Assembly: GCF_964355755.1 (NCBI RefSeq)
Contig: NC_092680.1
Span: forward strand, 4,216,001-4,280,000
Source: Antedon mediterranea
Lineage: Eukaryota > Animalia > Echinodermata
Length of the DNA stretch: 64,000 nt
Direction: 5' to 3'
Shown: positions 50,219-62,719 of the stretch, piece after piece
Layout of the letters: the number at the start of each line of letters is the position of its first letter
Position numbering within the stretch: the first letter of the stretch is position 1
Translations under genes and position numbers: made by a program
The notes under the pieces: model-generated
Seen by the model: only the letters and a program-made list of their open reading frames with translations
What the model was told of the DNA's origin: nothing
The model's database searches: none

Positions 50219-53200
50219 ATGGCGACCTCCATGGGAATCGACGTGGTTGTAGGATGTTATGAAAGATCGTTAATTGGGTACAGTCTAATCAAGAATGATG
50301 AAAAGGTATTAAGCTTTATATAATTGAAACACATTGCACAGCTAATATGATGTAAAATTATGTTAGTTAAATGAATGAATATGTAAAAAATCTTATGCTA
50401 GAAAGAGGAGTAGGGACGTACAGAAATACAGGCATGGGCTTCACCAGTGTCAGTGACGTGAAGGAGAGGCCTATATATTACTTTATGAATGAAGGGAAAG
50501 GCTTGCCGCAGTCCATCGTGGCTGGAAAGAGAACGTTTTTTTAGGCCAAGCTATGGGAAAAGCAGCATGACATAAGACTTTTTGTAGTCTTTGATTTGTG
50601 CTAGGCCCTACCTTAAATTAAAATATGTAATTAAATTAAATATTTGTTTCGTAAATACAGTACAGACAGTCAGTGTTAGTGTAGTCTTCTTTCATCGCCA
50701 GTGAGTAAGAAGGGTATTTATTTTAAAACTTTTTAACTAGGCCTAGGCCTAAACGTTTTTTGAACAAACAAAATCCAATACCTACCTAGATTGATTTACT
50801 ATATTTTAATAATCTATAATCTGTAATTCAATTCAGACTTTTATGAACTTTTGTTTAATTAATAAAGAGTTTATCACACTTTTAGAAATTTATAATAAAT
50901 GAGTGAGCTGTATTAAACTACTGTATTAATTATACTGTACAACCTATTGTTGGTGAATCTCCGCATTTTAAGGAGCATTAATACTAAAAACATGTTAAGG
51001 AGCTTGGAGGAGTGAGATCGCCTTCGCCCTCTTTAAAAACGAAGGACTGGTATGTACTTTACACGTCGTATTTTATTTATTACAGGAGTATACATTTCAG
51101 GTAAAGTTTACAAACAATGCACATACTGGCTGTGTTAAGACTATTGCATCCTCAGACAATTTCCTTGCCTCTGGCAGTACAGATGAAATGATTCAATTGT
51201 TTAACTTGAAGTCAAACTGTGAACTTGGAAGTCTTATGCATCATAAAGGTAAAATATTTTCTTGACTTGTCTAAAGCAGACAGAAAAATGCGATGTGCCC
51301 ATATATGGACATGATGATGTCATATCACTACCATATTTGGGCATATCACGACCATATTTGGGCACATTACACTAATATTATCACAATATTATTATGAATG
51401 TAATGCACTTGTCAATTGTATGACCCACTACACGACCCCCGGGAGAGGTGCGTCATTTGTCCGATGTGCGTCATACTTTTGAATACCATGACGCACCCGT
51501 GCGTCAAAAAGGTGACTTACCTTTAGGTGACCATGACGCACCCATTTTGACGCACTGTGACCATGTTGTTTATGATATGGTGGGTGGTAAAGTGACGGAC
51601 ATTGACACACCTTGTTCATTGATGTGACGTACCATCTAGGTTTTTTGACGCACCCCTGTGTCAGTAATTATTTGTAAATGACGCACCCATGACGCACCTC
51701 TCCCGGGGGTCGTATAGTGAGTCATACAATTGACAAGTGCATAAAGTAATCCTGACATTTGCCATTCTTCCACTTAACCTTCCTTTAGTGTAGCAGCAGA
51801 AGTGACACTCTGGTCATTTGTTTGGCTTTAAAACCAGGTTTTATATGCCAAATTGTTTTCAATAACATGTTGCTAAAGATTTTATTAATACACATAGGGT
51901 CAATTAGCAGTTTGTGTTTCCATGACAACAAACACATGTTGAGCTGTAGTGATGATGGCACTGTTTGCATCTGGTCGACAAAGGATTGGGATTGCCACAA
52001 AGTTCTCCGAGGTCACAGGTCAGAGGTGTTGTCTGTAGCTGTGCATCCTTCAGGCAAACTTGCAATGTCCGTAGGGAAGGACAAGACACTACGAACTTGG
52101 AACCTTATACAAGGAAGATCAGCATATATTACAAATTTGAAAGCTGGTAGAATATTTAGATTTTTAAATTTTATCAAGACCATTTAAGCTTGTTTCCCAC
52201 TAAGATATAAAAATAGCCCACAATGCAAGTTATCTGATAAATCTCAGTTTAGATGGTCAATCCACAAAAGGTAAAGGTATTTATACTGGTCCTTAAGCTT
52301 AATTGGAAACTTAGGAAATTTGGATTAGGCCTTCCACGGACCCATGACAGCCAGCAATGCAGCGCCTACCAGATAAGCACACTGGGAGACGATCCCCTAC
52401 TCTTTTCGAATAGTGTACAGTATACAATGTTTGCACTGGCTACACACTTTTTCCACAAAGTAAGCCACCATCTTGGTTGTCAAACATTTGATCCAAGATT
52501 GAACAATTAGATTTTGACACATGAGTAGACTGGTCTATAAATAAAAGTTTAGGACCCCTTAAGCTCTGTCTACACTATCAAACTAGTTTTATAAAAAAGG
52601 TGTGATGTTCCTAAATATGGTAGTGATATATATCCAAATATGGTAGTGATATGACATCATCATGTCCATATATGGGCACATCACATTTTTTTGTCACATA
52701 AAGTTTGACGTAGACAGAGCTTAAAATTAAAATGGGGAAACTCTGTGGCACCCAAACATATTCTTCAAGTGAACTTTAGTATAATTATAATTTCAAATTG
52801 TTTTCTTTTGAATAGTTGCGGATCTTGTGTTATGGAATGCTAGTGGTACCAAGTACATGGTAGCTATAGACAACAGAGTTGATGTTTATTTACTTGAAAC
52901 AGCTATGGTCATTTCTACATATACTTTTACTGGTAAAATTCTATGTGCTGCCCTCATACAGGTGAGATATTGAAATAATATTCTGTATCTCTAACTACAG
53001 TACCTACCACCATTAACAGTATATTAATATATATTATACTATAATAACCTTACTGGATTCATACAGTAATAGTTGTTGTTAGAAAGTATTCTGTGTTGGA
53101 CAACTGATGTTAATAAAATTGAATAGATGATATATGTTTAGAAATACTACAGTATTATTCTCTTAAAAGTTGACTTAAATTGTCAAACATCCGCTCAGAA

Positions 53201-55437
53201 TTCAGTCCAAAAGTTGTGTATATTAATAACCTATTGTAAAATGTGTTGCATGTCCTTGTCGTTAAAAATAAGAAGAATAATGATAGACTTAGCGCCTAAT
53301 GTAAACTTTTCCAAGTACTTTACATCATGTATATTGTGCTTTGTTTAGTACATGTGAACGTGGCTATCTAATCACAATGGATTACATTTACCACAAATGT
53401 CTTGTTTTTATTTTGGTGTATGCAAACATTTTTATTTCTTATTGTCAATGTTATAATCAACAACCTTGAGTGTTTCTATATTGCTCTATGTAAGCTATAC
53501 ATCCTGTTTTTCTATTTGTTGTTGTTTGCATTGATAAGGACGATTATGTTGTTATTGGAGGTGAAGGGGATATAATAGAAATATTTAAATCTGATGTACC
53601 TAACCCAGTTTGCCTGTGTAAATGGAAAGCCCATACTAACAGGTAACTCATTTTATAGTGTATTCACCCCAATTGATCTATTATTTTTGTTTATTTATTG
53701 CAATAAACAATGATACAAGAACACAAATATTATTAATATATTCGTAGTATTACTATTAAATTAAAGTTTTGAATTACTGTACCATAGATAAAAACATTGT
53801 AGAAGAAAAGCAGAAATTACGACATCTAACAACCGTATTAAAAATGTAGTGTCAACCCCAAAACATGAACAAATTACATATGCCTCCTTGGCGGAGGTAA
53901 ATAAAGATAATTAAAATTAAAACTTTAATAGTTTACAGTTATTTACAAAAATAATGATTTTGCTTATTAAACAACAAAATGCATTTAACCATAAATCCAT
54001 TCATTGACTTCTAATGGGCTTCCAGTTTTGTTTTTTTTTAAATTACGGTTTTCTACTACTCTCTAAAACAATTATTTTTTTATCCAATTTTTGGTGAATA
54101 AATATTATGTGACTTAATACAGTATTTGCATTATACCTTTTAGTAAAGTAAAAGTTGGACAATTATCTAACCATGCAGACCTCCATGCATATATGATGTG
54201 ATTATGTAAATAAGTATAATTGTTAAAATGCTTTACAGAGTCAAGGCAATGCAACATGTTGCGAGGGAAATGACAGATGGAGGAGCAGTGTCTAACTGGC
54301 TGTTTACAGCTTCAAGCGATGGTCACATTAAAGCATGGCAAATTGATATTGAAAAAGTAAGGATTTTTTAGTCATGTTAAAGAGGTATTGTCCCCCAAAA
54401 CAAATAAAGATTAATAAAATCAGACTATAAATATGCCTTTTTGCAGTTTTAATCAAGTTATTCACTTCTTTAAAAAAACAAACAAAAAATAATTATTTCA
54501 CTTATAAAAAGACAAAAGAAATGTTCAATTTTAACCAAAAACCATTGTCTGACAGGCAATTTAAATATGTTTTGCTTTCAATTAAGTTTTTTCAGTTAAA
54601 TAATTTTTCTTCCAATCCAGTTTTTGGTCAAAATGAATAACTATTATTTGTCATTAAAATGGCATATTAAAAAAAATGTAAAACAAATTTTTTTTTAGGG
54701 AGGACAATATTTCTTTTATGATTTTGTATTTTTTGCTTGTTGTCGTCCTTATCACCAACATAACATTTATGCTTTATGATAAAGATGATGGTAGGTAAAG
54801 ACAATATGGCTTGTAGTTTGTTTGCTCAACTTGGCAGAGACGCCACTGGTCATATCCCTAAGGTTTTCCAAAAATAACGGCAATATACATGGCTGCAGTC
54901 GCGTGCTCAAGTTAGTGTTTACCGACCAACTGACTGACCGACCAACCGACCGCCATAGTGAGCTGTAGAGTCCAATGTAAAAGTTTATAGTTGATTAGCT
55001 TTTGTGATACTTACCTGGGTAAATTACTATACATCTACAATGTCATTTATGTAAGCATCTGTTTGTCATGTTTCAATAAAATATGTTTACAGTTGTTTTA
55101 TTAAATATTAATTTTGTAATTTATAAACATACAATACTACTGGAATAATAATAATAAATGATATTGTTAGTTGATATATTAATACATTCCATAGATTTCA
55201 GAGAAGCCATGCCTCATTGCAGCTGTTGATACAACAGCCAGACTAACATGTCTGACTGTTAGATCAACAAAAACTGCCCAATCAGATGCAAGTGATTCAG
55301 TAAACAACCAATCAGAAAATACAGTTAAATCAAAGAGGAAACGAAACAAAAAACAAAGATTGCAAGAAAGGAGAAAAGACAATGAAAGTAAAGAAAAAGA
55401 AGTTGATGACGACAGAGTCACAGAAAAAAAAAAGTAA
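50219..55437 (+). CDS. PAK1IP1: PAK1-interacting protein 1 (Mak11-like WD40, 60S biogenesis); exons 50219-50305, 51086-51248, 51898-52146, 52816-52961, 53539-53642, 54239-54356, 55195-55437; 369 aa
   Basis: VVVGCYE..LIGY, AHTGCVK, LASGSTDE.I, AVHPSGKLAMSVGKDKTLRTWNLIQGRSAYITNLK, AHTNRVK, TASSDG.IKAW, TARLTCL, basic tail. Confidence 0.92.
51404..51741. mobile_element. MITE family C (TIR about 53 bp, TAA TSD)
   Basis: TGCACTTGTCAATTGTATGAC...GGGAGAGGTGCGTCAT mirrored at right end; internal TGACGCACC repeats. Confidence 0.85.
52325..52500. mobile_element. Probable SINE fragment (Nin-domain-like)
   Basis: CCCCTACTCTTTTCGAATAGTG motif recalled from marine-invertebrate SINEs; not verified. Confidence 0.35.
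52562..52721. mobile_element. MITE family A
   Basis: Same TIRs and body. Confidence 0.85.
54381..54714. mobile_element. Kolobok-like element in PAK1IP1 intron
   Basis: ttaa|AGAGGTATTGTCCCC; body matches the 25270 copy. Confidence 0.65.
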
Positions 55438-55945
55438 AAAGTAGCAATTGTAAATTAAAGGTAAACATTTAATAAAAAAATAGATTTTAAATCAACTTGT
55501 GTGTATAGTTTATGTTCGAATTTAAAATTACCTTCTGACTGAACAACTTAGGTCAGGCTATAACATGTTATTCCTTACCCCACCCCGACCCCCCCCCCCC
55601 CCCCATCCTCCTCTGCTGCTAGAAAATATGTAAATTAATCCAAATCTTTTTAGAAACGGAACAAATTTCAAATAACTGGTAAATTATATTCTTAATGATA
55701 ATAAAATGCCAATTAACTTGTTATAGCTGTTTTTGATTTTGCTGCCAATTCTTGGTACTGTATCCATTTCCGAAGTATTATAGGAATATTTGGTAATACA
55801 TCATCACATCGTAGCAACCTAACCCTTAGCTTAAACTTACATGATACAGGCGTTACATGTGATATAAATGAGATGCTGTATTACCAAATATTCCTATGAT
55901 ACTTCGGAAATAGATAGTTTGTGGAGATGCAGCACTGGGAATCTG

Positions 55946-56080
55946 TGGCCGTATTCACCAATCACACTTAAGTGAGATATTTCCCTTAAATATTAAGTAT
56001 TCCACTTAACTCAATAACAATTTAAGTATTTCCCTTAAATTTTACTTCATTAGCCTAAGTGTGAACGGTGAATACAGCCA
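55946..56080. mobile_element. MITE family D
   Basis: Same TIR; CTG on both flanks; abuts a family E repeat. Confidence 0.8.
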
Positions 56081-56463
56081 CTGGTGGATTTTGGATGTTG
56101 ACAGTGCAGAAAACAATATAAACAGCACAATCTGATATAGATATGTAATTATCATTGAATCAAACCTGGTTTTTTAAAGGATGCTTTATATCAGACAATA
56201 CACATTGTGCTCCAGACAACTTGTCCTTCGATAATAATACTTCTAAACTTCAAAATGTTTTGTTATGCTAATATTTATTTCTAACAAGAAGGACATAGAT
56301 TTGTAAACTGGAAAAATGAGGGTAGCTTTGTATAGTTATAGTCGAAATTCTTATGGATGAATGCAAACAATATCACTATTGAGATGTAGTTCATTAATTG
56401 TTAACCAGTATGAATGTAACTGATAACGGTATGTTTAAAAAGTGAAAATTATAAAACCTTTAA

Positions 56464-56551
56464 TAACAAGGCCATATTCGCGTGCTCAAATTTGAGTTAC
56501 TGACCAACCAACATAGTGAGCTGTAGAGTCACGTTTGCACGCGACTAAAAA
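56464..56551 (+). mobile_element. Second HINE-like family; related copy about 54876-54975 with GACC microsatellite
   Basis: CGCGTGCTCAA...GACCAACC..CATAGTGAGCTGTAGAGTC shared; terminal hairpin AGTCACGT..CACGCGACT followed by A5. Confidence 0.45.
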
Positions 56552-57014
56552 TGCATTTAAGGGCCTGTTTTAACTGTGTAAATCAAAGAGGTCTTTAAAA
56601 TAACACATTTCATACGCTATCATATCTCGCGTAAGTAATTCCGACCATGTCTCGTTTTCATTATACTGCTTTCAATTCATATACTATTAAATTAGTCTTT
56701 CTATTTATTTTGTCTTTGAAACCTTGACAATAGAATATGTCCTGTATCTAGTAGACAGCATTAATATTAAATAACAGATAAGTATTTCATAAACTGTAAA
56801 TGAAATTGATAAGGATCAAAAAGCATGTGAATCATTGCTAATATGGATTATTTGATTTGATTTCACTAAGCTTTTAGGAAATTTAAGATTTACGCCAAGG
56901 AGACTCAACCGTGTCAAACAACCTGTTACCCAAGAAACGTGACAAAAAGGGTTAGGTCGCTTTGGGTATATTAGTCCATGCTTGTAAAATCTTGAAAGAG
57001 AACAAATCTCAAAA

Positions 57015-57385
57015 TAAAGTTAGTCCAGCTAAAACTACTCCTAAAGTTAGTTCCTAACTAGTTAGTACCAAGTTAAAGTTACTGCACAAGTTAGTCATGA
57101 TTTAAACTTAGTCCCAAGCTAGAGTTACTCAAGAAGTTAGTCCCGAACTAAAGTTAGTTCCAAGCTAAATTTATTCTAGAAGTTAGTTCAGAACTAAAGT
57201 TACTTCAGAAGTTAATCCCAAACTAAAGTTAGTCCCAAGCTAAAGTGACTCTAAAAGTTAGTTCCGAACTAAAGTTAGTTCTAAGCTAAAGTTATTCAAA
57301 AAGTTAGTTCCGAACTAAAGTTAGGCCCAAGCTAAAGTTACTCCAGAAGTTCGTCCCAATTACTCCCAAAGTTAGTCCCAAACTG
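57015..57385. repeat. Minisatellite, about 46-bp unit built from AAGTTAGT/AAGTTACT subunits
   Basis: Tandem AAGTTAGTCCCGAACTAAAGTTAGTTCCAAGCTAAAGTTACTCT-like units. Confidence 0.85.
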
Positions 57386-58442
57386 TAATGATAGTTAAAC
57401 TTAAACACCTTCAACCTTTATTCCATATGTTTTAATATATTGGAATAAAATACAAAAAGCCACGTGTTCCAACCAGGTGTCACGAGTCACATAAGACGCT
57501 AGTGATAGTTGCTGTGATAAACAGATAAACAATCTTAAACAATCAATATTATATAGTGTAACCAAGGACAATTGAAATAATAAATCGTAATATTTCCTAG
57601 TGTAACAAAACATGTATTTAGTGGTCATGGTTGCCAGCGTGTTTATCATACAAAAAAAAGGTTTTTGGGTATTTTTCCGTTTTTATTTCCTATAACCTTC
57701 AATTCAATCTACTTGAAAATCAGCGGTAGCTACTCAGCCAGACAAATGGAAACAATTGCTTCACACGACCAACCGTGGGGCAACATATGCACTTAGTCAG
57801 TGTTATAATTGTAGCGGATGTGTTTAGTTGAGCCTGGGTCACATTATAATGATGTGTCTAGATGGTAGAGGCCGATGTACGCTTCACCTGTGAGTGTGTG
57901 AATGTGATATTCTGTTGGTTGAACTAGGCCACTAAAAAAACATGACACATCAAAAATTAATCGTGATAATTGCGTTTCTTTTGTGTTCAAGTGAATGTTG
58001 AGCGTGGGGATACCCAGGAACAGTTCTATGACAAAATAATTTTTAGTTTTTAAAGATAATTGATATTGATAACTTATAATGGTCTTTTATGTAAGAAATT
58101 CAAATCGAAATTTGATTGTGCGACATTTATAAAGAGTAGTTTCTGGGTTCAATTTTGTATGAGGGATTTTAACATTATTTATTTTGATGTAGCAAACATG
58201 ACTATTATAGTCTAAAGGTAGCCGTTTACCAATCATACGCACTTAACGAAAATTGCGACAATGCAATTACTTTATCAGATATACATAATAAAAGAAAATA
58301 GTAAATCAACTACAATTATAAGTAATATTACAAGTAATAATGGGGTAAAGAAGACGATTTTTGTATTTTTTAAATATTAAAATATATAAATATTTCTCGA
58401 TTTATTTATTATTTATGATTTTGTTTTTTAAGCCCCGAGTAA

Positions 58443-58587
58443 AGCTCTATCTACAAAATCACACTAGTGTGATGTTCCCAAACATGGTAGTGATATACCC
58501 AAATATGGTAGTGTTATGACATCATCATGTCCACATATGGGCATATCACAATTGTAGTCACATAAAGTTTGAAGTTTAGATAAAGCT
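58443..58587. mobile_element. MITE family A
   Basis: Degenerate TIRs, TAA on both flanks. Confidence 0.75.
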
Positions 58588-58925
58588 TAAGAACCTAAAT
58601 GATATATTATAATAACAAACAACAAGAATCTATGACTGTTTTTTTTTAATCTCTTCCTGAAATTAAATTAATTCAATTAAATCTATAATTGAAATCAATT
58701 AACTGTATAATTGCCTCATAATAAATTCCTTCCAGGCTGAGCTTATAATGTTTTATAAATCATTATTTTGATTGAATTGTTTTGTAATTGACCGTCATTA
58801 AACGATTGTTGTTGCTTACATCCTCTGGGTTACGTCATGCTCCCCAACTTAGAAGAAATAGACTAGGTAGAAGAGCTGAGACTGGAAATCATACAAACAA
58901 ATAGAGAATCGAGAAAACTGATGTA

Positions 58926-59078
58926 GGCTCTGTCTACACTATCAAACTAATTTGACAACAAAAGTTTGATGTGCTCAAATATGATAGTGATATGCTTAAA
59001 TATGGTAGTGATATGACTATCATATCCATATATAGGCACATTTTTTTTCACATACAGATTGATTGTGTAGACAGAGCT
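58926..59078. mobile_element. MITE family A
   Basis: Same TIRs and body. Confidence 0.8.
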
Positions 59079-60810
59079 TTATATTTGCAATACAGTTATA
59101 GAAGCCATATTATTATGGGGAAACCTTCAGGACACAACGAAGTGTCTCCTTGTTTGTTTTTTATTTTTTGCTCATTCATCAAATACAATACAATTTATAA
59201 ATACATATGGCAGTATGAGAGGAAGATGATAACCCTATAAGCTCTGAGCATGTTTCAATAGAGGTCCCCTTAATACTAATAGAGATACCCCTGAATAGAC
59301 TTTGATCGTAGTATTGAAACATAATAGTATGTATTCTGTGTCTTCAAGGAGTGTCCAAAGGGATGGATTCTATTTAGTTTATATATATAAACGCCAGAGC
59401 ACTTTTGCGAATATGTTTGCTTTATAAATTCTTATTATATTATCTTATGATGATACCAGATACACGCTTGTTGAAATACAGATATTAACTTATTATTTTT
59501 ATTCATACATTAAAAAAAAACTTGATAAAAAGTGTTTTAAATAAGTCACAGACCTAATTTGCTTACACTAAATATGTTCTGCTTCGTCGAAAGTTGTTTT
59601 AGGCAATGGTTTATTTTTAAAAAAAATAGTTTGTATTATATTAAAATAAACAGTATTTGCAAGCTGTAACAATATTTGTTTTGCCGGACTACATGTTGGA
59701 ATTTAGTCATACAATAATTCACTAATAAAGTTTAGATAGTATAGTATATAAAGCAGTATTAGTTCACATTGGACACGACGTAACGACTTATGCGCATCGT
59801 AAAGCTTGGTTGGATTTAAAGTATAATAATTATTATTTTAGATATTAATTTTAGGATAGATTGTGATATTCCATTATTTCTTAACTGAGATTTACTGTCA
59901 GTGGCAACTTCCACAAATATTGTTTTGTTTTTTCCCTTCTCAATTGTTTCTAAAGGATTCAATACTATTTCCATATGTTATCCTGTTGAACGTATTTATG
60001 TTGTTTTCGTTATTATTCCGATGTGTCATTGCCGACTAAACTACAATGTGTAAAAAGCATGATTTTCAAATTATGATACAACAAACACGTCCATTCCCTG
60101 TCCTTTTTATTCAGGCCAATATAATGACACAATATTAGCCACCTATAATGCCTACTAGCCTCCATGCATTTGGCCTTGTTTTCTGCTAGGGTAGAATTTG
60201 GTTGCTATTATTATTACACGTGTTAATTAATAGTTGATGATATTGCGTAAGAATATTTTGTATTAGTCGAAGTGTTAATAATTAACCATAGGCCTACATG
60301 TAATACCAACGTGTATTCCTTTTCATATAATACAGGTAACAGACATTGGATGTATGCTGCGATATAAATCTCCTTTAAGAATTTATGTGGCGATTTCCAT
60401 CACGACCTGAACTCAAGTCATTAAATGTTAGCAGATGATCTTCTTTTCCGAGAGACATGAAGAAAAGTACAAAAACCTTTACAGTGTCCCAGATGAGTTA
60501 TCTTGAATCCTTTTGTTGATTCAATTTGTTGACCGGTTTTCCTAGCGTTTGTTTGTGATAAACGAAGCATGCGTTAAATATATGAAAACCTAATCGTAGA
60601 TAAATCTATAATTTAAGTAGGATTTCCTCTAGGCACGCACAACACCAGTAACAAAGCAATTTTGAATATTCTTACTGTAAATTCTCAGATCTGACACACA
60701 CTTAACCTGCAATGTCATTTCTAACTTATTTCAAAACTGAAAGCCAACGTTGGCCTATCATTGAAGAACTAACACAACCAATCACGAAAATAAATGAAAT
60801 GTAACATTAA

Positions 60811-60989
60811 AGCTTGGTTCCCACTAGAACGTATCGCAAGGACGTAAACGCAACGCAAGCGTTTTAACCAATGGCAAGCGAAGTTATAGACAGTTAACAA
60901 TCACAAGCGGATAAGCCATCGCTTGTGATTGGTCAATTCACATGCGTTGCGTTACGTCCTTGTGTTGCGTCGCTAGTGGGAACCACGCT
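60811..60989. mobile_element. MITE family B
   Basis: Both TIRs present; hairpin body. Confidence 0.85.
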
Positions 60990-61194
60990 TTAGATAAACA
61001 TGTCAATATGTGGCAACGTAAGAACTCGCAGCCCACCCACCCCCGCCCAAAATGTTTCTTTGTTAGATATAGTAATCTATACGAGGTTACATTTCAAGGT
61101 TTCATGATTGTATTGGCAGTAACTTCCTAAAAAGGGATAGCTAGAAAAACAACTTTTGCGAGTAAAAGATCGAGTAGTACAGTAAAGCCTATTA

Positions 61195-61400
61195 AGCTTG
61201 GTTCCCACTAGCGACGCAACGTAACGCAATCTACTCAACGTAAGAAAATGCCCTTCCAATAATTGTGTTTCCCCCGCCTGCGTGAAATTAAACCTGCGAT
61301 AGATACAGCACTCTTGCGTCGTCGGTTTCCACTTGTGGTGACGCAATACAGCACTTTGCGTCAATACGTCGTTGCGTTGCGTTGTAGTGGGAACCACGCT
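61195..61400. mobile_element. MITE family B variant (same TIR, different interior)
   Basis: AGCTTGGTTCCCACTA...TAGTGGGAACCACGCT. Confidence 0.8.
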
Positions 61401-62471
61401 TAACATTGCAACCTTAACACTCTAGGTGAATTATTTACTTAAATTGACACCAATAACGTAGGCCTACTCTGAAAGAGTTTTCAATTGTTTAATACAATCA
61501 TTAGTTATGTCTAAAGATTATTTCCAGATACTCTTTGCTGTTTTAAATAGACCTACGTTCATGCAGGGCAACGAGTATACGTATAGTGATGATAATTACG
61601 TTTTCTATGTTTAAATTTAATCTCGCACACAACTTTCAGCGTTAGACATTTGTTATTAGGTTACAGACACGTCAACATAAACATTTAGTAAACAAAAAGA
61701 ACTTTCGACAAAAAAAAACGCAGTACGATAAACAGTTTTCTATCTTCAAGAAGAAGCCATATATTTTTACAACTTCGTCTTATTGGTATAAAATACAATT
61801 CTGTCTTTTTATAAAAGCTGTTTTCAGTTGAAAATAAACTTTACAAAATAGGCAATGAGTTTTCCTTGAACTGTATCTATTCTCCTCCGTGCGTATGACG
61901 TCACAAATAGTATGTACAAAATGTTCAGAATAACAATTAAACGAAAATATACCTCTGTTTAGGCCTAATTTTTTTTCAATATCATCAACAATATTATAAT
62001 TTATATAATTTAAATATACATTAATTAAACATAATGAACGTTATAAGATATTTAATAAAACAAAAAACATGATGTTTACTGTATTACAAAAAATAAATAA
62101 GACTAGAGGTAGGCCCTCCTCAACAATAACGTTACACGGTTTTCTAAAGCCGTTTTAATTTTTCAGAGATCAAAATAAATATTACGTACGGTACTAAATA
62201 TACTTTAGGGTATCCTCTCATTGGAATGCAGGGATCAACGCTATGCTATTGGGTAACTTGGCAGAAAAAGTTAACATTGTATATGGACTACATAGCTTAT
62301 AATATACATTAACAAATAATAGACAATTTTGTTTATGGGGAATCTAAATACCAGAAAGTTAGAGGTAGATACAGTTAGCTTCCACGGTAAAAACAGAATA
62401 AAAAGAAATTATTTTATGGAACGGTTTTATGCCGTTCCAGGCCCACATACTGAAATGTTCGTTTCGTTAAT

Positions 62472-62663
62472 GGGCAACGAGTATACCAAGAAGATACGGG
62501 TACTGCAACGAGTATACGAAGAAGTTGCCGGTACTGCAACGAGTATACGAAGAATATACCGGTACTGCAACGAGTATACGAAGAATATACCGGTACTGCA
62601 ACGAGTATACGAAGAAGTTACGGGTACTGCAACGAGTATACGAAGAAGATACGGGTACTGCAA
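62472..62663. repeat. 31-bp tandem repeat, about 6 copies
   Basis: TACTGC recurs at 62501, 62532, 62563, 62594, 62625, 62656. Confidence 0.92.
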
Positions 62664-62719
62664 GAAATGACGTTTTTTACGTTTCTATTTATAAACAATT
62701 TATATTTGCACAAAAAGCG

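Noticed and set aside
58820-58881. Exon-like block on the minus strand (ttccag acceptor, gtaagc donor), possible lncRNA
   Set aside because: Splice signals alone are weak evidence; no partner exons or ORF established
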